In this document: positions 50,583 through 64,000 of the stretch, piece by piece
Layout: the number at the start of each line of letters is the position of its first letter
Numbering within the stretch: position 1 is the stretch's first letter
NCBI GenBank assembly: GCA_965644295.1
Contig: CBFFRP010000297.1
Location: 186,001-250,000, forward strand
Origin: Paraphysomonas bandaiensis
Taxonomy: Eukaryota > Protista > Chrysophyceae
DNA: 64,000 bases
Direction of reading: 5' to 3'
The notes under the pieces: generated by a model
Databases searched by the model: none
Seen by the model: the letters and a program-made list of their open reading frames with translations, nothing else
Told to the model about the DNA's origin: nothing
Program-made: the position numbers and the translations under genes

Positions 50583-52076
50583 CATGGAAAATACTTCAAA
50601 TGATGAATCAATTGATTCTGATAGGTATGATGTACGATCTGATACACGAAGTCATATACATGGACGGTTTAATGCAATAAAAGGTAGACGTAAACCAATT
50701 AACAGTTCCTGGAATATGGATTGTGAAGACCTCATGGAAATATTATGGTATTTAGAGAATACAGTATCAGTAAATAAATCAAAGTCGAAGTTACCACGTC
50801 GTCGTCACTCATGTCCAGATGAGCATTATCAATCACCATACAGTCCGAAGGCTTATGAATGGTGGTTAACATGTTTTGGTATTGAAACGCATATAGCTCA
50901 AGCACTTATATCAGCTACTCAACCTCATCAAATTAATCAAACACATGATCGATATGCTAATATATTAACACCTAATGCTTCTGGTGTTCCTGGACATCGT
51001 CGTATGGAACTCTATCAACAACAACACAAGTATCCTGCACGACACTATAAACCATTACTAAAAAACGGACATTTTCAATGGGGAGAAAACTTTAACTTCT
51101 CATGTACTCATATATCACCAGGAGCCTCTCCAGTGCATGTCTCCGAGCAATCTCTGTCATCTTTCACCTCATCACGACCAGTGGAGCCACTCCGTTCAGT
51201 ACCACATGTGTTACAATCTATATGTCTTGATGCTAATCGATTAGAGACTGATAAATTGAAGAGTATAGTAAAGCAAATACATGTAGAAGGGGTTGAAGAG
51301 CCATCAGATGATTTTGAGAACAGTGCACAGGTATGAACATTGACTGAATGTGATATTTATTGTGATAATAGGGTGTGGTGGTGATATAGTACCAGGCACT
51401 TGGTAATGCGCTTGGAAGACATATGGAAGGTGTGGCGGATGCTACACTTGAGATGGTGTTCGAGTTTTTAGATCCTTATCTAGAGATACTAGAGTGCACC
51501 TCTACCGCACCTGCGAGTGAAGAGAAGCAAGAAGAGCGTAAGGAAACCAGTGATGCTGAGGAAGATACCAGGACCCCGAATCATTCTTCAAAAACAGGAT
51601 ATGCCGAGGATAGTGCATACTTTAGGCATAGACGGGTACCAGTAGTGGAGAAGGCTGTACGGGTGTATCGAGGTGAGGAAGCTGCAGCAAAGAGACGGAG
51701 GGTGGAACTGGCGAAAGATAAAGTTACTTGGGAGCACGTTCTGACTGCAGTGCAGTCAGTGGCCGATAGTATGATAGAGCGACCCCAGCCACAGCAGGAG
51801 CAAGAAGTGGACGGAGATGCTGAATTAGAGGAGTTAATGGAAGAAGAGCATGCAAGTGTATCCAGAAGAATTCGAAATCAACATGAAGTGTCACCTAGCC
51901 TACCCCTTCTTGAGCTCTCTCCAGCCGTCACTCAGCGCATACAATCTCGTCTTTTATCTCTTTTTGGGACGTCCAGAAACCTTCCGCGTAATCACTACAC
52001 AGCCGTTGACAGATTCGAACTCGATGCTTGTACGCCTGGTCCCCCAAGAAGTGTGGAATCTAGTAGTACCAGTTGA
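50583..52076 (+). CDS. Hypothetical protein, 2 exons (intron about 51331-51389)
   Basis: Long ORFs joined at CAG|GTATGA...ATATAG; ATG 50583 follows an AT/TAC-rich promoter-like region. Confidence 0.7.
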
Positions 52077-55075
52077 TGCTAGCGTGTTTTGATGTGGAAA
52101 CCGTTCGAGTGTATAATAAAAGGAAGCAAGCACCCCTTCTTTATTTTACTTATCAACAACTGATATAAAGAAGAATTATTTTTTAAACTTTTTGCAATGT
52201 ACATGGTTGGTATTATGCTTGTGCTTGAAATTGTAAATATTATTGAAGTAAAAGTGTTGAAATAAATTTACTCAATTAGTAGCAATATATATAGTGCTTA
52301 GTCATATAAAACATTCTGTTGAATTATTGCTGCATTGCATACATGCTACACAACTATTCAGAGTCAATTTTATATGCGACAATAGTTTGCGTTATAAGCA
52401 TTAATACATTTTGTTTTTCATATATTCTCCACAGACGCTTAATATTATAGGTTGGGAGACAGATATAAAGTAGACACTGTGATTTGGTATTGGTTTACGA
52501 TTACAAGCTGTTTACTTTATCACCCGATAGTTCACTAAACCTTCATCCTATTTTACACTCTCCTACAGGATGTATACTGATGCATATATATGAAAGTCTT
52601 ATTATTTATTATTAGCAATAGGTGTCACACTAGTCTAGAGCTAGATAGACTTCTACCTGTAACTAACTAGTACACATATTCTCATAATATCCTACAATAT
52701 AACACTACGAAAGCTGCTTGCGCGTCGCCGAAAGAACCAAGTTCTATCACTTCTGTTTTTGTATGTGAGGGAGAAGATGTTTATATGGTCGTGAGTCCTG
52801 GAAGTGCAGATAGGGTGGTTAGTCAGGTGGACGTCCCTTGGGGTAGGGCTCTGCAGGACTTTGTGAAGGCACAAGATATTGAATTAGTGAGTCTGGTGTA
52901 CCTAGCCTGAGAAATATGGGAGCGACGTCATTTCTGGAGATGGCGCGAATTGGGCCTGGGGGGAAGAGAAGTAGCTGGCGGGGACTACACAGTGGCGTTT
53001 CCCACTTGAGCAGGAATTGTGGGTGAGGTAGACGAGTGGGGTGAGCTAGAGGTCTCTTCGTTACGCCTATGTCTAGTAAGCGAAGAACAAGCGGTTTCCG
53101 TCGTGAGTTTCTACGTTTCTGACATGTTCTGGGGGAAGTGTATGTAGACCCTTTGTTGGTGTGGTAACGAAACGGTGGCTGCGGTGAAATCACTTTACCA
53201 GATTTCACGATCACACCGACTTAACGTAACGACGACTGCGGTCTTGAATCATATGTTTGGCCGCAGCGTGAAGCGGCTGGAGAAGATTGACAACTACGAC
53301 TTCTGAGTACGAAGTCCTCGCGAGTTTAAAGCTCAGTTGTATTGCACGGAAAACACATTTCCCAGCTGGGCCTCGTAATAGTTCCCATCCAGAATCGCTC
53401 AACCTGCGGTATTCCAGGATCTGCTGGGGAGTCAATTGAGTATAGCGGCCCTACTCCAAGTTGGTATTGAAAAACTGATTATTAAGAAGCGCAATCTTGT
53501 GCGTTGCCGACCTAACAACTCGCGCGACACTAATAAGCATATAACAGGCCTCTCATCTACTAGTTACTATTGCATGCATCGACAAGTGCTCAACTATGCA
53601 ACACGACTTAGTTAGCTACATGGGCATACGACGAGCTGCATGTTTAAGCCGGATCATACGCTCCTCCCCAATCTACATGTCCTAACACAAACAACTTGCG
53701 GTCGGTGTCTTCGGCATATATGTCTCCTGTATATGCGGCAGATCTTTAGGGCTCTCTACAAGAAGGTGGTGTTCACAGAAGCAGGTAGTCTGGAGGGGAG
53801 AGTAGAGTAGCTTTAGCGCCGGGTCCTCCCACGGACACGAAGCGGTCTCACTGGTGCAATTTTGCACACTGACGCATGAAACAGACATCTACCAAAATCT
53901 GTTACAAATTCAAGCTGACTCCAAAATGTCTTCCCTCCATTATGTGCACTCGTCCAGCACATGCAACCTTCTCCGCTCGGATATAAACCTACTAAAAGTA
54001 AGAAATAACATAAAAGCACACACAAATGTACCTGACACTGCTTGGAGACAGTGTCAGAGCCTTGATATAATCTCAATGACCTGGGGGTCAGGAGAAACCA
54101 AGACTAGAGGCAGTAAATGTGTGAGAATGACAGGTCTAATCACATCATATAGCAACGCAGGCTTATAACGTACCAACAATAATGCTATATATAGTAGCTC
54201 CACAATTACGAGCTACACCAACTGTATTTCATATACTAGGTATATGCTGATGCTATATACATTCATATTAATACATGGATAAGAAGTACATATTAGGAAG
54301 ATTCACAACTTGAGAAACGTCGAAGCAGAGATTGTTGCTTTCGCTTCTCTGTAAGCAATTAAAAGTTTTATTTTAAGGTAGTGAATATAGCCGTGTAAGA
54401 GTTACTACTAATGTAGCAAACCAATTTAACTAAGAAGTATTTTAAGGTAGTTCAATTATGTAAGTTGAATTAAAAAATATAGCAGTTGTAAACATACGTA
54501 AACTAGTGATAAGAAGATAGGAATAGCAGTAGTGAATGATGTTGAGTTCTGCAGTATGATGCGATAAATATTGTTTTCGAGTTAATGGTAAATATTGTAC
54601 AATAGGTGAAATCAGCTCATAGGTGTAACGGGTGAGCATAGTTACAAAGGAAGTAAATTTAGTTACTAATGTGTGAACTATGTAAGATATAGGAATGACT
54701 GGTGAACATAGGATAAACAGATGTCAATGAGAACAGATGTTACATCTAAACACCAACTACTAATGTAGTTTATTAGTTGAACACTTATCGAGAGTGATTT
54801 GTAACTATTCTTCTGGAGTAATAACTAAATTACTACATAGTTATATTATTAAATTACTTGGGTACCTTCCTAAGTTGATTTTGCGTCAAAATTTATTCTG
54901 AAGTACTTACAGTAATTAAACACTAATTAACCAGGTGACTAAAACGACTAAAACTCTCGATAATAACTAGTACGTTTTAGTAATTCACAACGACGACACC
55001 AAAACACACATCTACCATGTATTATACCACCACATACAAAAAATGTAAGTTACAAAATATATAAACATGTACAAA

Positions 55076-58000
55076 CTAGCATTTGGACTTTCTTTCTTTG
55101 CTTTGCAAAAACTCCCTTCTAGAGCTATAAGACAAAGTCAACGACGGGCTCCTTTTCTTCGTGGCTTCAATGATCTCTTCACGCTCTTTATCACTGGAGC
55201 AGTCATCGATAATGCAACGTATATACGGCATATAGCTGCTTGAGTCGTCGTCATTGAGCACCCAATCCATAACACTAGATCCATAATTAAAGCCACCTCT
55301 TTGGCCATATGAGCGAGTAAGCTTTCCGATATTTTCATAAGAGCGGGCAGCCGCTGCATCCACTGCGCCCAAGCTATTCTTTAAGACAGAATCCAATTGG
55401 GATGCTACTCCAGGGTGATCACTGCGCAGTGCATCTGAATTCCTTATTGACAGCTTGTACATGCTGAGATCAGTAGCAGCTCGAATACCCACGTAAGACA
55501 ACTCTTCTCCTCGTAAGTATTCCACTCCCATTATATCTCCTGGTTTCAGAGTTCCACATAACCTCTCTTCGCCATTTTCATGTTCGTCAATAACGTCTGC
55601 ATCTCCATCACATAACAAGTACACCCCACCACTACCACTCTCATAATTAAATACATATGCATCTTGCGGAACAAAGCATGGCTCAAAATACTTCAGAAGA
55701 GTATAGGATATGGATGGAGCAAACGGAGAAAACACATTAGGGAACTGCTCAATTACGATGCTATGGGAATGAGACGATACTAGAACCCGGATCGTATGCG
55801 GCATTCTTTCCCACATCTCTACCTCCGGATAAGCACTTCTCATCACAGTTGTGTGAGAGAAATGCTTAAGAAGTGCTGACTGCATCGCTACTGGGAAGGT
55901 TTGGTCGTTGATGTACTCCCGAATAAGCGTCGCTCTGTTTGCATGTCTTGCCGTAGCGATGTTCTCATCCTTTTCGGCCTCTGCAACTTGTGATACAAAG
56001 AACGCAACTACTAGACAGCCTATCAGCATGACGAACAACGCGTATATACGTTCTGCGTCATTCTCGGGCACAATATCACCTGTATACAACTTCAGTCGCA
56101 TTACTCAATATATTATGGCACATACCGTATCCTACGGAGGTCGATGTTGTGAATATCCAATATACAGCGGCGATATACTTTGAATACAAATCATCACTGA
56201 CCCTGGAGCGTTCCGAATCACTCCAGGTTTGACCATCGTCTCGCTTCAAAGTTAGGCGGGCCCACCCACAAGCAAAAACATGAGTGAATAGGCAAATGCC
56301 AAAAAACATTTGCAAAAACTTCATAGTCTGCGCTCGAAGATTCGAAAAGGGAACTCGTCTAACATCACCTCTTTGGGAGTATTTTAAAACTTTGAGAAGA
56401 CGCGACGCTCGCAATACTTTAACTATACGAATAACACGTACAATGCGGACTATTTTCAAAAATTTTAGTAACTGGAGACCACTTTGAGATAAAAGAAAAG
56501 AAAACGGAAAGCCTGACGCTAAATCAATAGCGAACCACCCGCGAAGGTATCGCGAGGCGATTGATCGGTGATCAGTATTGAGAGTGAAGTCAGGCTGTTC
56601 GAATGCAGTAATGAAGCCGAAGAATATGTCAACGAGAAAAATGACATCTATGAGAACATCATATATGTGCCATGCTTCGCTGTTCTTAATGTCGAACCCG
56701 ATTCTAAGTGAGGACGTGATGATAGTAAGTACCGTGCAAACCACAATCATCAAATCAAAGTCCACTTTCCAACGAGAATAAGGATTTATAATTCCCCTAC
56801 GAAGCATTTCCAAACTTGTCTCTAATTCAACGACATACTCTCTGTCGCGACTTGCCGTCTCTCCACTTGACCGCGCCACACGATACGTTGAAGGCTCGCT
56901 GCTTTTATCGGAAGCTTCATTGCTAAGTGCCAGCGAGATTGACGCCCTCGCCATCGAGGTTTCTGACCCGAAAGATCCATTCCAGGCGTCTTGTGCAGGC
57001 ACGACACTGTCATTGAGCACGACAAACGGCGCAGACAAGCTGTGGTCAGACGATGACGATACAGTGTTGACCATAAAAGACACAACACGATCGTGGTCTT
57101 CGTGCTCCTGCTTGGCGCGTTTCGACAGCAAAGGTGCAAGCCAGGGAAACTCCTTCATTGCAAGGCCAGTTGTGTCTAGCCAGAGTAGCTCTGTTACTTG
57201 TGCAGCGGAATGAGCTGCCCAATACATTTTCTCCACGTGCATTGCATTGGCAGTTCCAAAATCACCTCCTGGAGTGTGTATAGAAACCAACACTGACAAA
57301 TCTCTTTCTATATCTAGACGGTGAGTGCGATGACCATGAACCCTTCCCGAAAGAACAAAAAATACATCTACGCAGTAGTCCTCCTCGCCCACTATTACTT
57401 CCCCTGGCTCCACCAAATATGGATGACAAGTGTGCATGACCTGTGAGAGATACCTAGGGGAATTTGCCCAGAGGTTCAACTTAGTGACAGGAGAATTGAG
57501 TGACTGCATGACCTCCATTCGAAGATTCACCGGTGCAGTCATGAAACCCCTCTGTCCTCTCAGTACCGGGGCTTTAGCATAGTAATACACTACATGATCC
57601 CATAGGCGAGAGACAATGCTGCGCGGAATGCCCTTTTCACGGAGGTAAACACCTAACTCAGCCATATGAAGTCGCTTCTCCACAGCTGCTGGGGTGGTAT
57701 CTCCTGATTTCTCAAGCAACATACCCAGCACGTATCCACATATCAACGACCCCACAACCATCACCAGGGTACTGTACAGCAAGCCTGCTGAGCTGGACAG
57801 GACCACGTCGCCATAACCAACATTAAGGATGGTCGCCAGGGTCCAATGCAACGAAAGTACATACTCTGACACTAAGTTCCCGGCTGAACCACACTCGAGA
57901 TATGTGTAGGAGTCCTCGTCAGTGGCGGTTGAGCACTTGGACATGGAGAAAAAGACACAAGAAAATAAATGGGACAAAAATAAAATCATCATGAGGACCG

Positions 58001-58649
58001 ATATGAAATCATAGAGGGCTGTGGTGATATGGCCGCTAGCTTTCATATTTTTTAGCTTTCTGTTTAAATTCAAAAGACGCACCACCTTGAATATCCTCAA
58101 CAGCCTTATCATCTTTAAAATAGTCAGGTTACTGGTACTATAGTTACGAAAACCAGCGGTTAGTATAGCAGTGAAAGGAATTGTTGATATCAAATCTGGA
58201 ACGAAAGACGTACGCAGGTATCTCCGTGCAATTTTCGATCGACTCTTTATGACAGAGCCATTATCCTCGTACGTAGTGAGAAATGCCAGGATAATATCAA
58301 TAAAGAAAACCGAATCAACTCCAAGGTCCACATAAAACCATGCGCCAACGACATCAAGGTGAAAACCCAGTCGGAAGGGGACGACGATTACACTGTAAAC
58401 TACGTTCAATGCAACAAAACAATCCCATAACACTTTCAGAACACTGTCTGAATCAATTACAAAGGCCTCAGGTGAAGATTCAAGCCTCCAACTACCAGAC
58501 AGATATGATTCCCATTTAAAACGTCGTTGTGAGAAATATTTTCTCTTCCATTGATCGACTGGTACAGCCACACGATTGTCTTTCTCTTCTTCTCCTAATT
58601 GTATTGATACAAATTTTGATACAGTAAATACTGTATTATTATCACACAT
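55076..58649 (-). CDS. Cyclic-nucleotide-binding-domain K+ channel (KCNH/CNG-like) with two tandem 6TM-pore-CNBD repeats; intron 56080-56125
   Basis: Two S4 segments (KMIRLLRIFKVVRLL; KIVRIVRVIRIVKVLR), pores TILNVGYGD and TSTSVGYGD, two CNBD-like regions. Confidence 0.92.
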
Positions 58650-58978
58650 ATTTATACACAGTTAATGAAGCTACTCATATATTGATGATATATATCGAGA
58701 GGTTTATACGCAGGTACAGTACAGTAGAATAACATATTGATTACTAAGCTATGGTTCTATCAGATGAGGGTATATCAGGGGATCTCACACGAGTATGAGA
58801 ATGTATTGTTATGTGATTAGTTGGGTTGTTAGTGATCTGTGAGGTCTGATAAAGTATACTATATGCATGTTCTATATATGCCACACCATACTATACAGAT
58901 GGGTACGGTACGTGCCATACATTGATGTACTTCAGCTGCTCGCTGCTCCAGTTTTACACCCTATGATCGAGTCGATTT

Positions 58979-59103
58979 TGTGGGAATAAGTCGATCCAGC
59001 AAAAAAATCGACCTTTTTTCGTTATTTGTGAAATTTATTTGTTATCAATAAACAACATGTATCATAAAAGCCTGGATTTTTATGCTGGATCGGCATTCCC
59101 ACA
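58979..59103. mobile_element. Small MITE-like foldback
   Basis: TGTGGGAATAAGTCGATCCAGCAAAAAAATC imperfectly mirrored by GATTTTTATGCTGGATCGGCATTCCCACA. Confidence 0.55.
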
Positions 59104-59383
59104 GACGGTACAAAATATCACAGCAATAAATATCCTGTATTTTCCGGTTTTCATTTCAAGGAATTACCATACTTTTTGTAAATACAACAATAATTTTCCT
59201 CAGCATTTCCTCCTTTGAAAGCATTCATCTCGAAAACACTGTGTGCGCGAATCAAGAGTAAACGCTCCTGTCACCTCTGGGAAGCATTCAAACCGGATGA
59301 ATCTGACCGTCCATCTATGATTTGTAAGTGTGTATCATTCTAGTATAGGCGTGTTTTCTGGATTCGCTCGGCTATGAGGTAGT

Positions 59384-59780
59384 TCACAGTGTCCTCGACG
59401 GCAAGTAGAAGCTCTCCGGTTGTGACGGGTTTACTGGGACTCGAGCGCTGGGGTTTGTAGTCTTCCCAACTCCGCACTTGGTGCACTCGCCATATATTTG
59501 GCATGCCAGTCTCAGATCGCTGGAGGTCCAGGGACAACCGATGACACCTCCGTTGTGTAAGAGTCCAGCATGCAACACGACAACTCCGCGGGTACGGTTG
59601 ATCTCCTCCTGCGTTCTGGGCTGACTCGGGTCTCTTAGGACACGGTGTCGAAACGATACTCCGTATATCTGTGCAAGTTCATGGCACAAGTGGTATAACT
59701 GGTCTTGTCCAGGTGCAATCGTCAGGATAGGCTGTCGAATTCCTGATTCTTCGAAGTCAGAGTGAGGAAGTCTCTGACTT
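59384..59780 (-). mobile_element. Copia gag-pre-integrase-like remnant
   Basis: RTRGVVVLHA...NGGVIGCPWTSSDLRLACQIYGECTKCGVGK fits the H...CxxCxxGK pre-integrase pattern, with an internal deletion. Confidence 0.55.
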
Positions 59781-60430
59781 CACTATCAAAAGTAATATTA
59801 TTCCGTCTTGGTTGTTTATTCCGTTCGGCAAGACGGTGCTGCGACGCTGTTACAGAATGTTGATTCTGCACTCGGGTGCGTTATAACGTTATAACACTGT
59901 TCAAAGAAACGATAGGTACTAACATATGTTGTGTGCTATCACGATAATAGATAGAACTCTACGGTCATAGTTCGATATAAATACCTATATCTACCAACAG
60001 TGTTGGACGAAATGCTCTCGACTCGCTATTACTAACTTGACATTTTGTCGAATATATGTTTTTTTTAACTTTAGAAATTCTAAAACTGGAGGTCGTCTGC
60101 TAAAACAACAGTGGCTAATATATTGTGACATAACTGCGTCTTGAAAACTACAAGGCAAAACTTGCAGTTAACGCCTCTAACAGATATAGTTTTATAGATT
60201 TCAAGCCTTAAGTCCATAGAACTATTATTGTCCATTCAAGCAACAGAACTCTTGATAACGAATGCAAGTCCGACATGATAGGAAAATATCACTATTTAAA
60301 ATTAATGAACTATCATCACATCAGCGCTATCGAAACAAAAATTATCGAGATATCACAAACAAATCAGGACGAAAGCCATTTATTTAATAAAATGAAACAA
60401 ATCGTCATGTTTTCGTTCGTGTGCTGATAG

Positions 60431-61708
60431 TTAACTGGTATTTTGTTTCTCCTTCTTGTTTTTTCTCTCTTTAGAAGGCTTTAGGCGACTAACATCAATA
60501 GGATCTAGGAACGGCGATTTTGATCTACTATTGCTTTGTATACCACTACGTTCTGATTTGGAATGCAATTTTGGAGATCTGGGCTTCGACTTTCGTCTGG
60601 ACCGACTGCTTTTCTTTGTGCATTTGGAGAGTAGTGCAGTGCGAAGTTGACGAGACTTCGGAGATGAATGAGACTGGGGTAGAGATGTCGCTTCGGTGGA
60701 TTTCATTCCCAACAGAGTGCTATTCTTGTCATATCGGTACCCATACTGCAAGGCCATCTCATATGCCCGCTGACCGAGTTGCTTGTCTATGGACATAACG
60801 TACGGCCACGTAAATCGGTTGGCACTGTTTCCGCGTGTGTTATGGCCCGAAAGCGCCCTGTAGCACGCCATTACGTCTTCATCTCGGATATGCGGGTGTG
60901 TGCGGGAGACATCATAGCCGGCAGACTTAAGAAGGTCAATAACGTTGAAGTCCTCTACACGATGAACCGGAATGAAGCGGTACTTGTCGAGACGAGAATT
61001 CCATCCAACCCATACTTGCAATGCCATCTTCTCTGGAGGGTCAGAAAAATTGAGCCCAGGTAGAATTGACCCTATGATACGGCGGTTCTTCTGCCAATGT
61101 GGATATTCAGTTAACAAGGACCGCAGAGACGCGAGTGGGTTGCGCACTTGGTGGAAAACGTACGAGAAACGGAGACGAGAATTTCCATCCTTCCCACGGT
61201 GGCCCCAAAAATCACTGCTGCGCCGCTGAGGAGGGCCTGCTAATTCCCAGGAAACCATCCCCACATTTGTGTGGGCATGTGCGTCATTGCTGAATGGGAA
61301 GAATAATGCCGATATCAACGCCGCAATCATCGTAGTACCACTCCGTGCAGACCCCGTTATTAGTATACGAGGCAGGATATAAGAGGAGGGATTAACACCA
61401 CACGATAAAGGAGGCAATTTGTGTGTCTCATTCAGCGCAAGAAAGCAGTCACGTTTGGTCCAGTTGATATTATGATTGAATGAATTCACCACTTTGCTGA
61501 ACCCGCCGGAAGTATGGTGAGAAGAACGGCTTGTATTCTTGTATTCAGTTATATTATGACTCTCATATTGCGATTGAGAGGGAAGATAATCATTTAACAC
61601 TGTAGTGTTTACTACATTAGATTGTAGTGACGATATAGAAGTCACTTGCTTGAGAAACAGTGCTGCTGTGATGGTAATGAGCACTCCCATAGGGACACTT
61701 TTGACCAT
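60431..61708 (-). CDS. Sulfotransferase-like P-loop protein with N-terminal signal/anchor and basic tail
   Basis: 5'-PSB-like LITGSARSGTT and 3'-PB-like HQVRNPLASLRS; hydrophobic N-terminus; single exon. Confidence 0.75.
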   Translation of the reverse strand: MVKSVPMGVLITITAALFLKQVTSISSLQSNVVNTTVLNDYLPSQSQYESHNITEYKNTSRSSHHTSGGFSKVVNSFNHNINWTKRDCFLALNETHKLPPLSCGVNPSSYILPRILITGSARSGTTMIAALISALFFPFSNDAHAHTNVGMVSWELAGPPQRRSSDFWGHRGKDGNSRLRFSYVFHQVRNPLASLRSLLTEYPHWQKNRRIIGSILPGLNFSDPPEKMALQVWVGWNSRLDKYRFIPVHRVEDFNVIDLLKSAGYDVSRTHPHIRDEDVMACYRALSGHNTRGNSANRFTWPYVMSIDKQLGQRAYEMALQYGYRYDKNSTLLGMKSTEATSLPQSHSSPKSRQLRTALLSKCTKKSSRSRRKSKPRSPKLHSKSERSGIQSNSRSKSPFLDPIDVSRLKPSKERKNKKEKQNTS

Positions 61709-62287
61709 GTTAAACGTAGACTATAATATCTCTATCTGCACATTGAATACAGTCCAATAGGTCATTTATACTTCTCGTGTAGTATATAAATATATATATA
61801 CTTTAAATAAATTACTGCTGCATTATGGGCATATAGCCGCTATGTATGTATGGGATCCCATTGTACAGCATGACCATATCAATATCGCAAACTCCCTCCT
61901 ACCTATCGTACAGCAGCAGGCAAGGAACTGTTTTTGTAGTGTAAATTTTAGGAGTTTTAGACTATAAAGTTGGTATTATGGTTTTTTAAAGGGGTGTAGT
62001 GCTTTTTCTGGGGTTTTATGGAGTGAGAAACGGATCAATTGTATACACTGGAGCTCTGTATATATATGTATACACATCACACAGCACTACATACAGCAGT
62101 ACATGTCGCCATTACATGAACAAGGCATGAATTTATAGACAGCCAGGTCACTTCTACTTAACATGTGATGAATAGAGCGTATATTGACATAACTGGTACA
62201 CTATCAATCGATTGAAATCATGCCTATATAACATATATATACACACACCTGACTACAGTGACTGTTACTATAATACTTGAGTATTAA

Positions 62288-64000
62288 ATGAATGCCTTCC
62301 CTCACGAGAGTGATGTTATTCATGATAAAACACTGAAGCGAATCTTGAAATCAGTGGAACGACTTCGAGCATTAAAACCTGAGCATAGATTTGAAAAATA
62401 TGAGAAGTTGGTGCGGTATATAGCTGCCCATATGCATGATCGACAGGATGATGTATTGCTTCAAACAACTGCAGTGTGGTCACTTCTTAATTTGGTTAAA
62501 TTGGAACCACATTATGGACCAGATATAATGATAAAATCTGGAATTGCGGCTTCCATAAGTCATGTCCTCCGCCTAGATAGTACCAATGACAATACCAGAA
62601 AGTATGCGAGTGAGCTCGTGAGGCTACTATGGTGAGTGGATTTCTGTACTACGAATATTCTTTAATTTAACTCATTGTTATTTTTTAAAGCGGGAATGGG
62701 AAACCTTCAAGTGGTGATGATGGATCCGTGCATATGAGTGTTCTACAAGACGGTGGCCAGCAGCTGGAATCCATTTCACTTGGAACTGCAGACGACTCGA
62801 TATCTGACCAGCAGTCCGCGATTGCATCATTTTCGCCGTATTATATCGACGAGAAGAATGTAGAAATATTGAACGGGTTGTTTGAAGACAAGGGTATGTG
62901 GAAAGATATTAACGATAGTCACTTAGCCCTTCATCGACTTGGCACTGCTCTAGAACAGGACAGTGTCGATGGTGACAGCCGAACCGTTCATTCGTCTCTA
63001 ACCGACTTTTGGGATACTATGAACAGGCGGTATAATTATCCTAGTGCTCGTTCTGGTATGGGATCCAGAGCGCGCACACAGTCATCTCAAAATTCTGAGG
63101 ATCCATGGGGACATGAGCGCGAGGCCTGGGTACATACCGGGACAGGGACATCTCTCACTCGCACTAGACTCGAGGAAGCGAGACAACATGGGCGCAGGGT
63201 AGAAAAATCTCCTACACACCATACCCGCGGTAGAACGACCTCTGGAACATATCATTCTGCTACTGGACCGCAAATGCGTCGAAAACGTTTTGTATTAACT
63301 GATAGCCTTCCAACCAACGGCAAGCGCAAGCCTGCGGAGGCTGTGGTTCCTGATCATATGGCCAGATTGGACCCTCTCTCTATGAATGTTACCACAGCCC
63401 TACGTTCAGTTGTGAACCAAAAGCGACAACAAGATGATGGGACTGAATCTGAGGATATCTCTATTCTAATAGATGCTAGATCGAAGAACAGGATAGATTC
63501 CCATATTGTGGAAGACTATGACGGAGCGGGTAGCGAAAATCAATTCTTCACTCGACAAGGGGCAGATGGCGTCGACAAAACTAGAATACGAGCTGAAAAG
63601 CTGACCGATATGGAGTTTTTAAGAAATTTTTTTGTTGCAAAGGCGACCTTGGCAGATTCCCAGAACCTGATTTCGCGAATGCAGGTAAGCTGGTTTATAC
63701 TTGTCACGCATGCACGTAACAATATATGTACAGGACATACTGGAGCTCATGGATCGTGATGACACCGGTTATGTATCGTGGAAGTGTTTTTCGCGTGTTT
63801 TGGTATCTCTTGCACCGAAGCATTTGTTACGTGCCGATGTAACGAGTTTCCTGGATGCCCAGGTGGACGATGAAAATGACCTCATTGACTACAAAGAGTT
63901 TGCAATATCTGGCAAAGTAATGATCATCGAGAGAAAGGAGGGTGTCAAGGAGGTACTAGCAAGAAGCTGGTACTCGCGGCAGAAGGGAAGTAGAGCTCTG
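62288..64000 (+). CDS. Partial spliced gene with N-terminal ARM-like helices and EF-hand-like motifs; runs off the window end
   Basis: LQTTAVWSLLNL...ASELVRLL; after the intron at about 63685-63733, MDRDDTGYVSW and DDENDLIDYKEF. Confidence 0.7.

Noticed and set aside
52750-54170. Short ORFs in a GC-richer block as host genes
   Set aside because: Fragmented frames flanked by dispersed repeats and no recognisable domain; probably decayed retroelement sequence that I cannot classify

Overview
AT-rich eukaryotic nuclear DNA with short (about 45-70 bp) GT-AG introns; gene and transposon content suggest a stramenopile, possibly a chrysophyte-like ochrophyte (inference). Host genes include a degenerate Fe-ADH-like protein, a tesmin/TSO1 CRC-domain factor, Cbp3/UQCC1, a membrane protein with a phage tail-collar-like domain, an EF-hand protein, two tandem bacterial-type topA genes, a proteobacterial-like betB with five introns, an Exo1-like protein with substituted catalytic residues, a two-repeat cyclic-nucleotide-binding K+ channel, a sulfotransferase-like protein and a partial ARM/EF-hand gene. 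They lie among Copia, PIF/Harbinger, hAT, LINE and MITE debris. The best-supported discovery is an apparently intact 3.86-kb tyrosine-recombinase (Crypton-like) DNA transposon at 35014-38869. Its exact ends can be read from this window alone because the duplicated topA segment preserves the empty site: one TTTTC at 28736-28740 versus TTTTC on both sides of the insertion. The ends carry repeated GGTGCGGG motifs. Other notable signals are a TopA-HMG-box fusion, a topA paralog with a duplicated catalytic-Tyr segment, and a recurrent upstream 10-mer TACAGCAGTA. All family assignments come from recognising motifs by eye; no database searches were run.
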